A stretch of 64,000 bases of DNA from Patescibacteria group bacterium (GTDB taxonomy: Bacteria > Patescibacteriota > Minisyncoccia > Phycocordibacterales > SIBU01). The notes beneath the pieces are model-generated. The model saw only the letters and a list, made by a program, of their open reading frames with translations. It was not told where the DNA came from and searched no databases. Below, piece by piece: positions 37,100 through 46,181 of this stretch (its first letter is position 1; each line of letters begins with the position of its first letter). Both the position numbers and the translations under genes were made by a program. The DNA is taken from assembly GCA_038063715.1 (NCBI GenBank), contig JBBTUO010000017.1, positions 22,518-86,517 on the forward strand, written 5' to 3'.

Positions 37100-38170
37100 T
37101 TAAAGTAAAGAAAAAACTTTGTCGCCCAAAATAACCTGGGAACAGGAGAGAAGGTGGTGGTGCACAGCGCCGGTCGCAAGACAATCTCTCAACAGTGAAT
37201 CGTCCCTTAAAACTCTAATTGTCGAAGCAATCGTGGAGGGGCTTACAGACAGTACAAAAATGCAGTTCTTACCAGAAGTCAGTAACTCACGATTACTCGC
37301 CGAGTCACATGTGATAAATGGCATGCCTAGAGCAAGCGCCTCAATGTTTTTATTCTGAATAGTACGATTAAGTCGGTCGTGGTCCCCGAACTGACCAAGC
37401 ATTACATGCGCAGATAAAATAGTTGTTCGTAGCTCGTCCGGAGAAAGAAAAACCGTAGTTAAATTAACATTGGTAAGCCCATAATCAGAAATCATTTTTT
37501 TAAGCTTACTCTGAATTGGCTCGCCCCAACCAATAATCCTAAATTGAATATCTTCATCTTTCAATAAACGTGCAGCTTCGATAATATATTCCACCCCTGT
37601 TGCCGGCAAAAACATACCTCGAAAGACAACGGTAAATTTATCTGCTTTTTTAACTGATGGATCTGGGTGGAAAACGGTCTCATCAACTCCAGTAAAAATT
37701 ACCACTATTTTTTTCGGATTCACAAAAAACTTTTTAGCTATAAAAAGCTTTTGCTGCTCGCTTTCCAACAAAACAACATCCGACAAGTGAAAAGCCAAAA
37801 AATCGGATACCCAAATGGCCCCGGCTTTTGGAGAAAATTTCGAATACATTCCTCTATCAAGAATAGCCCGGTCGTACCAGCTGTCCAACGCATTAAAAAC
37901 AATTTTCTTTCTAGAAATAAGCCATGCCAACGGCACAACCATCGTACTCAAATAACCGACCCAAAGAATATCATACTTACCTTTGAGCGCTCGGTGCTTT
38001 TTTTCTAATCGGAAAAATTTTAGAATCCCAGCTGAGCTATCAACACACTCTGCAACGGTTACCCCCTTTTTTTTGAGACCATCCAAATACACCTTATCCC
38101 GTGGTGCCACAGGATGATAAATACCAAAGTAGCAAATTGTTTTCCGTGAATCCATTTTATTCGTAGCCAT
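37100..38170 (-). CDS. GT4 (group 1) glycosyltransferase
   Basis: A GT-B pattern with a C-terminal glycos_transf_1 block. I chose the start at MATNK (38170) because a strong hairpin lies inside the longer ORF call. Confidence 0.68.
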   Translation of the reverse strand: MATNKMDSRKTICYFGIYHPVAPRDKVYLDGLKKKGVTVAECVDSSAGILKFFRLEKKHRALKGKYDILWVGYLSTMVVPLAWLISRKKIVFNALDSWYDRAILDRGMYSKFSPKAGAIWVSDFLAFHLSDVVLLESEQQKLFIAKKFFVNPKKIVVIFTGVDETVFHPDPSVKKADKFTVVFRGMFLPATGVEYIIEAARLLKDEDIQFRIIGWGEPIQSKLKKMISDYGLTNVNLTTVFLSPDELRTTILSAHVMLGQFGDHDRLNRTIQNKNIEALALGMPFITCDSASNRELLTSGKNCIFVLSVSPSTIASTIRVLRDDSLLRDCLATGAVHHHLLSCSQVILGDKVFSLL

Positions 38171-38181
38171 TAATTTTATTC

Positions 38182-38215
38182 GCCCGCCCGAACGTAACGT
38201 TTCGGTACGGGCGGG
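38182..38215 (-). terminator. GC-rich hairpin (8-bp CCCGCCCG/CGGGCGGG stem plus inner stem), possible terminator or attenuator between the GT-C and GT4 genes
   Basis: gcccgcccgaacgtaacgtttcggtacgggcggg. The flanks are A/T-rich but carry no clean U-run on the - strand. Confidence 0.4.
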
Positions 38216-38223
38216 TATCATTA

Positions 38224-39672
38224 TTATATTGGTATGTTCAACTTATATATAGTATAACCGCCGGCAACCCCATAAATAACATACCTTGAATCAACCACCT
38301 CTTTCTCTTCTAAGAAAAAACGTTGGCTTGGATATCCCACTAAAATCTCTGGTAAATCCTTCTGTAAGAGTGGATTCTGCCCGATCTGAGGCAATCCGGT
38401 TAGGTCCATCGATAAATACCGTTCTGAAGTATTAAGCCACAAAGCAACCTCAACAGCATTTAACACACCTACCGACTTCCCAGGAAAATTTTCATTTATA
38501 CTTGTCGCCGCACGCATTGCTCCTTCTGAATAAAAAAGTTCACTCACTGTAAACATCTGTACACACTGAATTACCACCAGAATAGTAAGTAAAAAAGCTG
38601 GCACGGGTTTACCGTGTAAAACCTGGGGCAACCCTCCCTGAAAACGCCCAAATAGCAACGATAAGGCATGCGGCAACAAAAACAGAATAAGTAGCTCCGC
38701 AATCAGAATATACCGAAGCCACCCAGGACTACGCAGATAGTATGCGAAAGCAAAAACAGCATAAACAATTACAAAATTATACAAAGTCTTCCTCGAGGAG
38801 TCGGCCAAAAAGCGTCCGGCAATAATACAAAGAAAAAGAATTCCAAAATATATGATAGTTGTAGAGTGAGGGATGTCAGTAATATTTTTAAAGATATTTT
38901 CACTGATTGATGAGCTATACGGGTTTTGGTAAAAACTTAAAAGATTGGCCCAGGTTGAGGCCAAAAATGGTTGGCTCAAGTTTAAAAAAATCCAACCAAC
39001 GGCAGCGGGAATCATTCCAGTGGCAACAGGCACAAGTGTTCGTAAAAAACTACGCCATTCAAATAAATACGTCACAACAAGCGCAGGCACGATTAGACCG
39101 AACACCGACAACTTGCTCACAACCGCTAGTCCCAGAAAAATACCTGCCCAATAAAATTGCCGGCGAGAGAGTAAAAAATATAGTCCTGCAAGAAGAAAGA
39201 AAAAGCCGGGAATCTCCCCTACCACCGTACGTCCACTACCGTAGAACGAGGCAAACGTAATAAATAATAAAAATGCGCCTGTACCAGTCAAAGAGCCGAG
39301 CCATTTTCCCCCCAGCCAAAAAACGAGAGAAAGTGTTGCTAACATCCATAAAATCATGTACACGCGTGCCTGAACTAGGCCGTATCCAAATAATTTAAAA
39401 AAGAAGGACAACGGGACGGTCACTGGAAAACCTGTGGATTGAAGACGTTCACTAAACCCGGAAAAAATTCCCGGAGCTGTCTTGATATCTAGGACACCGT
39501 CGGTCTGAAAATTTCTCGCAATCTCAATCGAAACAGCTTCATCAGTCCAAAGCCTTGGTTTCGTTGTAAGGGTCGAGAAGGAAATGGCCAAAACAAAAAT
39601 TATTCCTAAGCAAAAAAACAAAACTGGTGCGTTTTTACTGAAAAAACCTAATAATAATTCTTTGCTATTCAT
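38224..39672 (-). CDS. GT-C fold membrane glycosyltransferase (ArnT/PMT_2-like, polyprenyl-phosphate-sugar dependent)
   Basis: 482 aa with 11 or more predicted TM helices, an N-terminal D/E-containing first periplasmic loop, and a glycosyltransferase neighbourhood. Confidence 0.58.
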   Translation of the reverse strand: MNSKELLLGFFSKNAPVLFFCLGIIFVLAISFSTLTTKPRLWTDEAVSIEIARNFQTDGVLDIKTAPGIFSGFSERLQSTGFPVTVPLSFFFKLFGYGLVQARVYMILWMLATLSLVFWLGGKWLGSLTGTGAFLLFITFASFYGSGRTVVGEIPGFFFLLAGLYFLLSRRQFYWAGIFLGLAVVSKLSVFGLIVPALVVTYLFEWRSFLRTLVPVATGMIPAAVGWIFLNLSQPFLASTWANLLSFYQNPYSSSISENIFKNITDIPHSTTIIYFGILFLCIIAGRFLADSSRKTLYNFVIVYAVFAFAYYLRSPGWLRYILIAELLILFLLPHALSLLFGRFQGGLPQVLHGKPVPAFLLTILVVIQCVQMFTVSELFYSEGAMRAATSINENFPGKSVGVLNAVEVALWLNTSERYLSMDLTGLPQIGQNPLLQKDLPEILVGYPSQRFFLEEKEVVDSRYVIYGVAGGYTIYKLNIPI

Positions 39673-39859
39673 GCGAAATCAAAAAGTGTATACTGGTTTG
39701 GTAAAATAAACTTTATTAGAACTTGTGTGTTTGGATGCAGTTCGAGGCGCAAGCAAGGCTTGCAACTAAAATGTATGCCTATACATTGCAGGAGCAAACG
39801 AGCGAAGCAACGAAGAAATGCGCCAAAGACGAAAGTTCTAATTATGGTAGTGGAAAAAT

Positions 39860-40618
39860 ATGGAAAAAGCAATCTCAAACAAACCCAAAATCACCGCTAT
39901 CTTTATTGCCTACAAAGCAGTAAAAACACTTGAAAGTTTTTATGCCTCGTTCCCGAAGGAATTGGTGGATGAAATTATTCTAGTAGATGACGCATCGGGA
40001 GACGGCACATACGAACTAGCACAAAAACTAGGCATCACATCTTTTGAAAATCCGGTCAACCTCGGATACGGTGGCAACATGAAGAGGGCAATTGAAATTG
40101 CTCTTGAGCGTGGCGCCGACATCATTATTGATATACACCCAGACGGAGAGTACAAACCTTCTGCAATTGCACCCGCCATTCAAAAAGTAAGGGGGGGTGC
40201 GGGACTTGTACTAGGAAACAGATTTACAACCCTAACGGCGCCGCTCAAATCTGGAATGTATTCTTGGAAAATAATTCCAATTGTTGTTCTAAATATTTTT
40301 GACCGATTAGCCTTAGGCATAAAAATTCACGATCTTCATCAGGGCTTTCGTGTCTACACCAAAACACTTCTTGAACAGGTCAACTACACCCAGAACACCA
40401 ACGGTTATCTATTTAGTTTTGAACTCATCGCTCAGGCCGCTTTCAAAAAAATTCCGATAGCAGAAGTACCAGTAGAAACAAATTACCAGGGAGAAAAGCG
40501 CGGAGCTAGTTTAAGGAGTAGCTTAAAATACTCTTTTGCCACATTCAAAGTGTTAGCTCTCTTTTATGGAGCAAAGTTGGGATTAGTATCAGAAATTTTT
40601 AAAAGTCCTAAAAAGTAA
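39860..40618 (+). CDS. GT2 polyprenyl-phosphate hexosyltransferase-like (DPM1/ArnC/GtrB family)
   Basis: ITAIFIAYKAVKTLESF...EIILVDDASGDGTYELA and a DxD/ED region. Its 252 aa size is typical of Dpm1-like enzymes. Confidence 0.78.
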   Translation: MEKAISNKPKITAIFIAYKAVKTLESFYASFPKELVDEIILVDDASGDGTYELAQKLGITSFENPVNLGYGGNMKRAIEIALERGADIIIDIHPDGEYKPSAIAPAIQKVRGGAGLVLGNRFTTLTAPLKSGMYSWKIIPIVVLNIFDRLALGIKIHDLHQGFRVYTKTLLEQVNYTQNTNGYLFSFELIAQAAFKKIPIAEVPVETNYQGEKRGASLRSSLKYSFATFKVLALFYGAKLGLVSEIFKSPKK

Positions 40619-40678
40619 AAGAAATACCCGTCAGCTTGTGGCCGACGGGCGTAGAACATTTAACTTGTGCAAACCGAG

Positions 40679-41341
40679 TCAGTGGACCTCGGGGAGATCT
40701 GCGAGCAATTGGGCGATTGCCGAGCGGGCCAAAGCGTCCGCAGTCTCGCGAACAGCCATCCGCCAAGTAAAGAACCGCAAGGCATCGGGGTTTTTGGCCC
40801 CTGGCAACATCCAGTGAGCCGTCGGCTTCAGTTTCCATGAAAAGTTCGCAACACTATCAAGAACCCCGTGGTCAATCTCGACAGCAAAAACATGAAGACC
40901 TTCATCAGCCTTCGCGTCCGCAACGCAATACGCCCGGTTAAAATTTGCGGGGAAACCTTGCAATTCCTTCGCAGATCCCGTATTCATTCCGCCCTCCTCA
41001 ACACCAAACCGGGTTTGAGCTTGCGCGTGGGTCTCGCCAAGTTTGACGAATCCGCCCATGAGACAGGGTGTTGGCTCATCGCCCATATTGGGCCGATTCT
41101 CCATAACCAGTCCGACCAGAAGTCGACCGTCAGGAGCATAGGAATACGGCAATGTCGCCGCCCCTCCACCAGCCGCTTCTCCAATCACAATGGAATCGTA
41201 GCCCTCAGGCCGGACACCATAGGTCCACACGCCGAACCTTGACTCAAGGGTGAGTTTCCTGGGCCTGATTATGACCCCGTCAGCCGTGATCGTCCAGCCA
41301 CGCTTTGCGTCTGCCGGGACAGGTTTCATTTCAAATTCCAT
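40679..41341 (-). CDS. NUDIX hydrolase family protein
   Basis: A GGFVKLGETHAQAQTRFGVEEGG segment fits the Nudix box Gx5Ex7R..EExG with one deviation. The gene is GC-rich. Confidence 0.5.
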   Translation of the reverse strand: MEFEMKPVPADAKRGWTITADGVIIRPRKLTLESRFGVWTYGVRPEGYDSIVIGEAAGGGAATLPYSYAPDGRLLVGLVMENRPNMGDEPTPCLMGGFVKLGETHAQAQTRFGVEEGGMNTGSAKELQGFPANFNRAYCVADAKADEGLHVFAVEIDHGVLDSVANFSWKLKPTAHWMLPGAKNPDALRFFTWRMAVRETADALARSAIAQLLADLPEVH

Positions 41342-41450
41342 AACCGATTACCTTTCTGTTTGATCAGAGCTTCATGCTTCTGATCCTTCCTTAATTATAC
41401 GCCAATCACAAGAAAAGTCAATAGGTTGATTTAAAGCAGAAAAATGAGAA

Positions 41451-41456
41451 GATACT
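41451..41456 (+). promoter_or_regulatory. -10-like hexamer GATACT 6 nt upstream of the GTG start of rfbB
   Basis: GATACTacaatcGTG. A possible -35 TTGATT lies 19 nt upstream. Confidence 0.3.
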
Positions 41457-41462
41457 ACAATC

Positions 41463-42542
41463 GTGCCTAATTTCAACGACAAAACCATTGTGGTATTTGG
41501 CGGTTCCGGCTTTATCGGATCTAATTTTATTCGTTTCATTTTTTCCAAGTACCCAAAAGTTCGCATATTAAATTTTGACAAGCTCACCTATTCTGGGAAC
41601 CTGGATAACAATAAGGACATCGCGAAAAATAAAAAACTGGATTATCACTTCATCAAAGGCGACATTGTCGATAAGAAAAAAATTGACACAGCATTTAAAA
41701 AATTTAAACCTGATTACGTTATAAATTTCGCAGCCGAAACGCACGTGGATCGAAGCATTCACGGAGCATCGCTTGAATTTATTAAAACAAACGTTGAGGG
41801 GGTATTTAACATCGCTGAAGCGGTCAAAGCAAATCCAAAAGTTATAAAATACGTTCAGGTCTCAACTGATGAAGTCCATGGAAGCTTACCTCTAGATTCG
41901 ACTGAGCGATTCCACGAACACACTCTGTTCGCTCCAAATGTCCCCTACGCCGCCACCAAGGCCGGCGGAGATCTACTTTGCCGTGCGTATCATTCAACAT
42001 GGAAAGTGCCTATCGTAGTCACCCACTGTTCAAATAATTATGGCCCGTATCAGTATCCAGAAAAGGTTATTCCCTTTTTCATTACTCGAATGCTAGAAAA
42101 TAAAAAACTTCCGCTATACGGCGATGGCAAACATGTGCGCGACTGGATTTATGTGTTAGATCACTGCCACGCTCTTGAACTCTGCCTCCTACACGGCACA
42201 CCAGGTGGCGTATACCACATCGGCGCAGACAACGAACTTGATAATACGGACATTGCAGGACGAATTTTAAAACATTTCAACCGTGATGAGAGTTGGATAG
42301 AGTATGTAAGCGACAGGCCTGGGCACGACAGACGTTACGCTATTGATTCAAGAAAAATATCAACAGAACTCGGTTGGAAACAAATGTATTCGTTTGAAAA
42401 TGCTTTCCGGGAAACGGTAGAATGGTATATTAATAACCCAGGGTGGATTGATAGGGTAAGGAAACGAACAGGTGTGTTTAATCCACACATAGACCTCTGG
42501 AAAAGTCACGATATTAAAAAATTAAAAACAAAGAAAAAATGA
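41463..42542 (+). CDS. rfbB: dTDP-glucose 4,6-dehydratase
   Basis: IVVFGGSGFIGSNFIRF, YAATKAGGDLL and VSTDEVHG motifs, 359 aa. The start codon is GTG. Confidence 0.9.
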   Translation: MPNFNDKTIVVFGGSGFIGSNFIRFIFSKYPKVRILNFDKLTYSGNLDNNKDIAKNKKLDYHFIKGDIVDKKKIDTAFKKFKPDYVINFAAETHVDRSIHGASLEFIKTNVEGVFNIAEAVKANPKVIKYVQVSTDEVHGSLPLDSTERFHEHTLFAPNVPYAATKAGGDLLCRAYHSTWKVPIVVTHCSNNYGPYQYPEKVIPFFITRMLENKKLPLYGDGKHVRDWIYVLDHCHALELCLLHGTPGGVYHIGADNELDNTDIAGRILKHFNRDESWIEYVSDRPGHDRRYAIDSRKISTELGWKQMYSFENAFRETVEWYINNPGWIDRVRKRTGVFNPHIDLWKSHDIKKLKTKKK

Positions 42543-43261
42543 AAGGAGTAATACTAGCAGGAGGTTTGGGCACTCGCCTTCACCCACTCACCAAAGTTAC
42601 CAACAAACATCTTTTACCGGTCTATGACAAACCTATGATTTTGTACGGTATTGAAACTTTAAAAAAATCAGGTATCACTGAGATCATGATTGTCTGTGGC
42701 CGTGAACATGCTGGGCACTTCATGAATTTCCTAGGCTCTGGTAAGGAATACGGTATCAAATTGTCATACGCACTGCAGGACAAGAATAATGGCGGGATTT
42801 CAGATGCACTTCTTTACGCTGAAGACTTTGCAGACCGAAATAGTATCGCGGTAATTCTAGGAGACAACATATTTGAAAATGATTTTTCAAAGGAGGTGTC
42901 CTCATTCGAAAGTGGCGCAATGATTTTTATAAAAAAAGTAAACGATCCAGAGCGTTTCGGCGTACCAGTATTCGATAAAACCGGTAAAAAACTTATAGAT
43001 ATAGAAGAAAAGCCGAAGAAACCAAAATCAGACTACGCTCAAACAGGTTTTTATATATACGACTTCAATGTTTTTTCTTATATAAAAAAACTAAAACCTT
43101 CTGCGCGCGGTGAGCTTGAAATCACTGATGCCAACAATATGTATCTCAAGCATGGCGAACTAAATTTCTCTTTTGTTTCTGGTTATTGGTTTGACGTTGG
43201 AACAATCGATTCGCTCCTTGAAACGGGGGTTATTCTTTCAAAACAAAAAACAGGGGTGTAA
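42539..43261 (+). CDS. rfbA: Glucose-1-phosphate thymidylyltransferase-like sugar nucleotidyltransferase (short form)
   Basis: MKGVILAGGLGTRLHPLTKVTNKHLLPVYDKPMI. It is coupled to rfbB and rfbD. Confidence 0.78.
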   Translation: MKGVILAGGLGTRLHPLTKVTNKHLLPVYDKPMILYGIETLKKSGITEIMIVCGREHAGHFMNFLGSGKEYGIKLSYALQDKNNGGISDALLYAEDFADRNSIAVILGDNIFENDFSKEVSSFESGAMIFIKKVNDPERFGVPVFDKTGKKLIDIEEKPKKPKSDYAQTGFYIYDFNVFSYIKKLKPSARGELEITDANNMYLKHGELNFSFVSGYWFDVGTIDSLLETGVILSKQKTGV

Positions 43262-43271
43262 CGAATTATAA

Positions 43272-44123
43272 ATGAAAAAAAAATTTCCAAAAACCCTCAT
43301 CACCGGAGCAAATGGAATGGTCGGATCCTACGTTGATTTTGGTATCAAAACTGATAGGCAAACTCTCGACGTGACAAATCTTGAGAGTGTCATGAGTGTC
43401 GTTAAAAAACACAATCCAAAAGTGATTCTTCACCTAGCCGCCATGACCGATTTGGATCTCCTAGAAAAGAATCCCTCGCTCGCCTATTTCGTAAATTCAG
43501 TTGGTACATACAATATCGCACTAGCAGCGCGAAGCATTGGCGCAAAAGTAGTGTTTCCCTCTTCAACCGGAGTTTTTGATGGAACTAAAAAAAGTCCCTA
43601 CACGGAAAATGACGTACCTAACCCTCAAAACCATTACGGCCATTCAAAATATATTGGCGAACAAATTATCAGAAGCATGCTCGATAACTATATTATCGCC
43701 CGATCATGCTGGATGTTTGGAGGTGGGCCTAAAAATGATAAAAAGTTTGTGGCAAAAATAATTGCCCAATTAACACGAAATGAGGTCACAGAAATAAAGG
43801 CTTTGGACGACGTAAAAGGTTCCCCCACTTTTGGTAAAGATTTGGTCGCCGCCTATAAGGCCCTAATAGAAAAAGATGCTCGAGGAATTTTCCATCTTAC
43901 AAACAAGGGTGTATGCACACGTTTTGATGTAGCTAAGGTTATTGTAGAAACACTAAAACCATCTCTAAAAATTCGGGCGGTTGACTCGACATATTTTAAT
44001 TTGCCAGCGGTACGCGTCAAGAACGAAGCATCATCTTCGCAGGTACAGCTATTACGTCCATGGAAGGATGCTCTTAAAGAATACCTTGAGGTAGAATGGA
44101 GTCACCTAAAACTGAAAAAATAA
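43272..44123 (+). CDS. rfbD: dTDP-4-dehydrorhamnose reductase-like (RmlD family)
   Basis: LITGANGMVGSYV N-terminus, YGHSKYIGE catalytic motif, 283 aa. Confidence 0.72.
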   Translation: MKKKFPKTLITGANGMVGSYVDFGIKTDRQTLDVTNLESVMSVVKKHNPKVILHLAAMTDLDLLEKNPSLAYFVNSVGTYNIALAARSIGAKVVFPSSTGVFDGTKKSPYTENDVPNPQNHYGHSKYIGEQIIRSMLDNYIIARSCWMFGGGPKNDKKFVAKIIAQLTRNEVTEIKALDDVKGSPTFGKDLVAAYKALIEKDARGIFHLTNKGVCTRFDVAKVIVETLKPSLKIRAVDSTYFNLPAVRVKNEASSSQVQLLRPWKDALKEYLEVEWSHLKLKK

Positions 44124-44148
44124 TAGATATAATCGATAAAATTCACGA

Positions 44149-45381
44149 ATGAGTCGCGATTATAAAATAAAAAAAAGTTGTCGAATCTGTGGAAATACTA
44201 AATTTCTGAAGGTCTTAGACTTGGGCAAAAGCCCCCTAGCCAACGCCTTTTTATCGGCCAATGAACTGGAAAAGTCAGAGGCATATTTCCCCTTAGCTGT
44301 TTACTTCTGTCAAAAATGCACCCTTGTCAGTCTTAGACATATCGTCGAGCCAAGTCTACTTTTCAAAAACTACCACTATCTCACTAGTGCAAGCACACCC
44401 CTTTCATTACATTTTAAAAAACTGGCGTGGGAAGTTGGTACAAGATACATAAAATCAAAAAATGACCTGGTCGTTGAAATCGGAAGCAACGATGGTAGCC
44501 TACTCTCAAACTTAAAAAACCGTTGTCGCGTGCTTGGTATTGACCCCGCTGACAATGTAACAGAGATAGCTAAAAAAAATGGAGTGGAAACAGTTACGGC
44601 CTTCTTTAGTGAAAAAACCGCTGAGGCAGTGGTGCAGAAATATGGCAGAGCGAAGGTCGTACTGGCAAACAATGTAATTGCCCATATTGATGATCTCCAT
44701 AGCGTATTTGGTGGAATAAAAAAACTTCTATCTCCTGACGGTGTTTTTATATTTGAAGCTCACTGGGTTGGAAACTTAATCACCGATGGTGGGTTTGATC
44801 AGGTTTATCATGAGCATTTATCCTACTTTTCACTCCATGCAATAGAATACATAGTACAAGAATTTGGTATGACAATATTTGACGCGACACTTGTACCGAT
44901 TCATGGAGAATCTCTTAGAATTTCGGTCGGAAACTCTGGTAAGGCTTCAAAAAATGTCCGGTCCTTACGCCAAAAGGAAAAAATAATGAAGCTTGATAAA
45001 TACAGCACATTCAAAGATTTTGCTAAAAAAGTTGAGCGAAACAAAAATAAACTTAATACACTTTTACGTAAATTAAAAAAACAAGGTAACAAAATCATAG
45101 GCTACGGCGCACCCGCAAAGGGAAATACCCTTTTAAACTATTATAAAATAACACCGAAAATTTTAAATTTTATTACAGACACCACCCCACTTAAACAGGG
45201 ACTTTTTACTCCTGGCACGCACATTCTAATACTATCGCCTGATGTTCTTAAAACGGAGAAGCCTGATTATATTTTGCTTCTGTCCTGGAATTACAGTATA
45301 GAGATACTAAAAAAAGAAAGTACTCTAAGAAAGGAAGGGGTAAAATTTATTATTCCCGTACCAGATGTAAAGATCGTCTAA
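44149..45381 (+). CDS. NDP-hexose C-methyltransferase family protein (N-terminal Zn-binding Methyltransf_13 plus C-methyltransferase C-terminal domain architecture)
   Basis: CRICGNTKF...CQKCTLVSL cysteine pairs, then a class I MTase core (VVEIGSNDGSLL) and a long C-terminal domain. This resembles TylCIII/NovU-type sugar C-methyltransferases. Confidence 0.65.
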   Translation: MSRDYKIKKSCRICGNTKFLKVLDLGKSPLANAFLSANELEKSEAYFPLAVYFCQKCTLVSLRHIVEPSLLFKNYHYLTSASTPLSLHFKKLAWEVGTRYIKSKNDLVVEIGSNDGSLLSNLKNRCRVLGIDPADNVTEIAKKNGVETVTAFFSEKTAEAVVQKYGRAKVVLANNVIAHIDDLHSVFGGIKKLLSPDGVFIFEAHWVGNLITDGGFDQVYHEHLSYFSLHAIEYIVQEFGMTIFDATLVPIHGESLRISVGNSGKASKNVRSLRQKEKIMKLDKYSTFKDFAKKVERNKNKLNTLLRKLKKQGNKIIGYGAPAKGNTLLNYYKITPKILNFITDTTPLKQGLFTPGTHILILSPDVLKTEKPDYILLLSWNYSIEILKKESTLRKEGVKFIIPVPDVKIV

Positions 45382-46181
45382 GACCTCCATACTAATTTCC
45401 AAAATTTTCGGCAAATGTTTAAGTGATATACATGTCGTTCCCATTCAAGTGCCCACGGCATTTTTTTGCCCCTGCAAAAAAATAAATTACGTACATATCG
45501 AAAAATATACAAAGCGGAAATTTTGAAGTTTTCTGCGCAGACCGCCAACCAACCGAAAAATGAAATCGTCCCGCGACGTTCTACCTCAAGCTCTATATAA
45601 TGCGCCCATTTTCTTCGATGGAATGAAGGGTCAGGGTTTGTAGGAACCAACATAAAATTTATGATATTGAAAATTGGATAACCCTGCTTTACGTCAATCC
45701 GCTCGTGAATGGTTTTAATAAAACCATTCACAGCATCACGATGAAAAAATCTCATTTGCTTTGTGGGATAGGTCGCAGCACAATCAACAACTTCTCCAGA
45801 TAGAACATACCTTCTTGGCACCCAAAAAACGGCCGCCGGATGACCAGTGGAAATAATAGATTTAATCTCTCGCTCCAAAACTGGTGTCACAAGCTCATCG
45901 GAATCTAAGGAAAAAAACCATTGGTAACTAGCGAGAGACAGCATTTGATTTCTCACGCCAGAAAAATCAATGATTCGATTGCCTTCCCCTTTAAACTCTG
46001 GCGCCTGGACAATCACCTTCGCGCCAAAAGCGCGCGCTAAAGATAGCGTGTCATCCGTCGATCCTCCATCGCACACGATGATTTCAGCAAAATTTTTTAC
46101 AGAATCAAGGGCGGATTTGAGAGTAGCACCGTTATTAAAAGTAAGTATCCCGACACTGCACTGAATTTTATGATCATTCAT
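45378..46181 (-). CDS. GT2 family glycosyltransferase
   Basis: CSVGILTFNNGATLKSALDSVKNFAEIIVCDGGSTDDT. I chose the start at MNDHK. Confidence 0.75.
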   Translation of the reverse strand: MNDHKIQCSVGILTFNNGATLKSALDSVKNFAEIIVCDGGSTDDTLSLARAFGAKVIVQAPEFKGEGNRIIDFSGVRNQMLSLASYQWFFSLDSDELVTPVLEREIKSIISTGHPAAVFWVPRRYVLSGEVVDCAATYPTKQMRFFHRDAVNGFIKTIHERIDVKQGYPIFNIINFMLVPTNPDPSFHRRKWAHYIELEVERRGTISFFGWLAVCAENFKISALYIFRYVRNLFFCRGKKMPWALEWERHVYHLNICRKFWKLVWRS

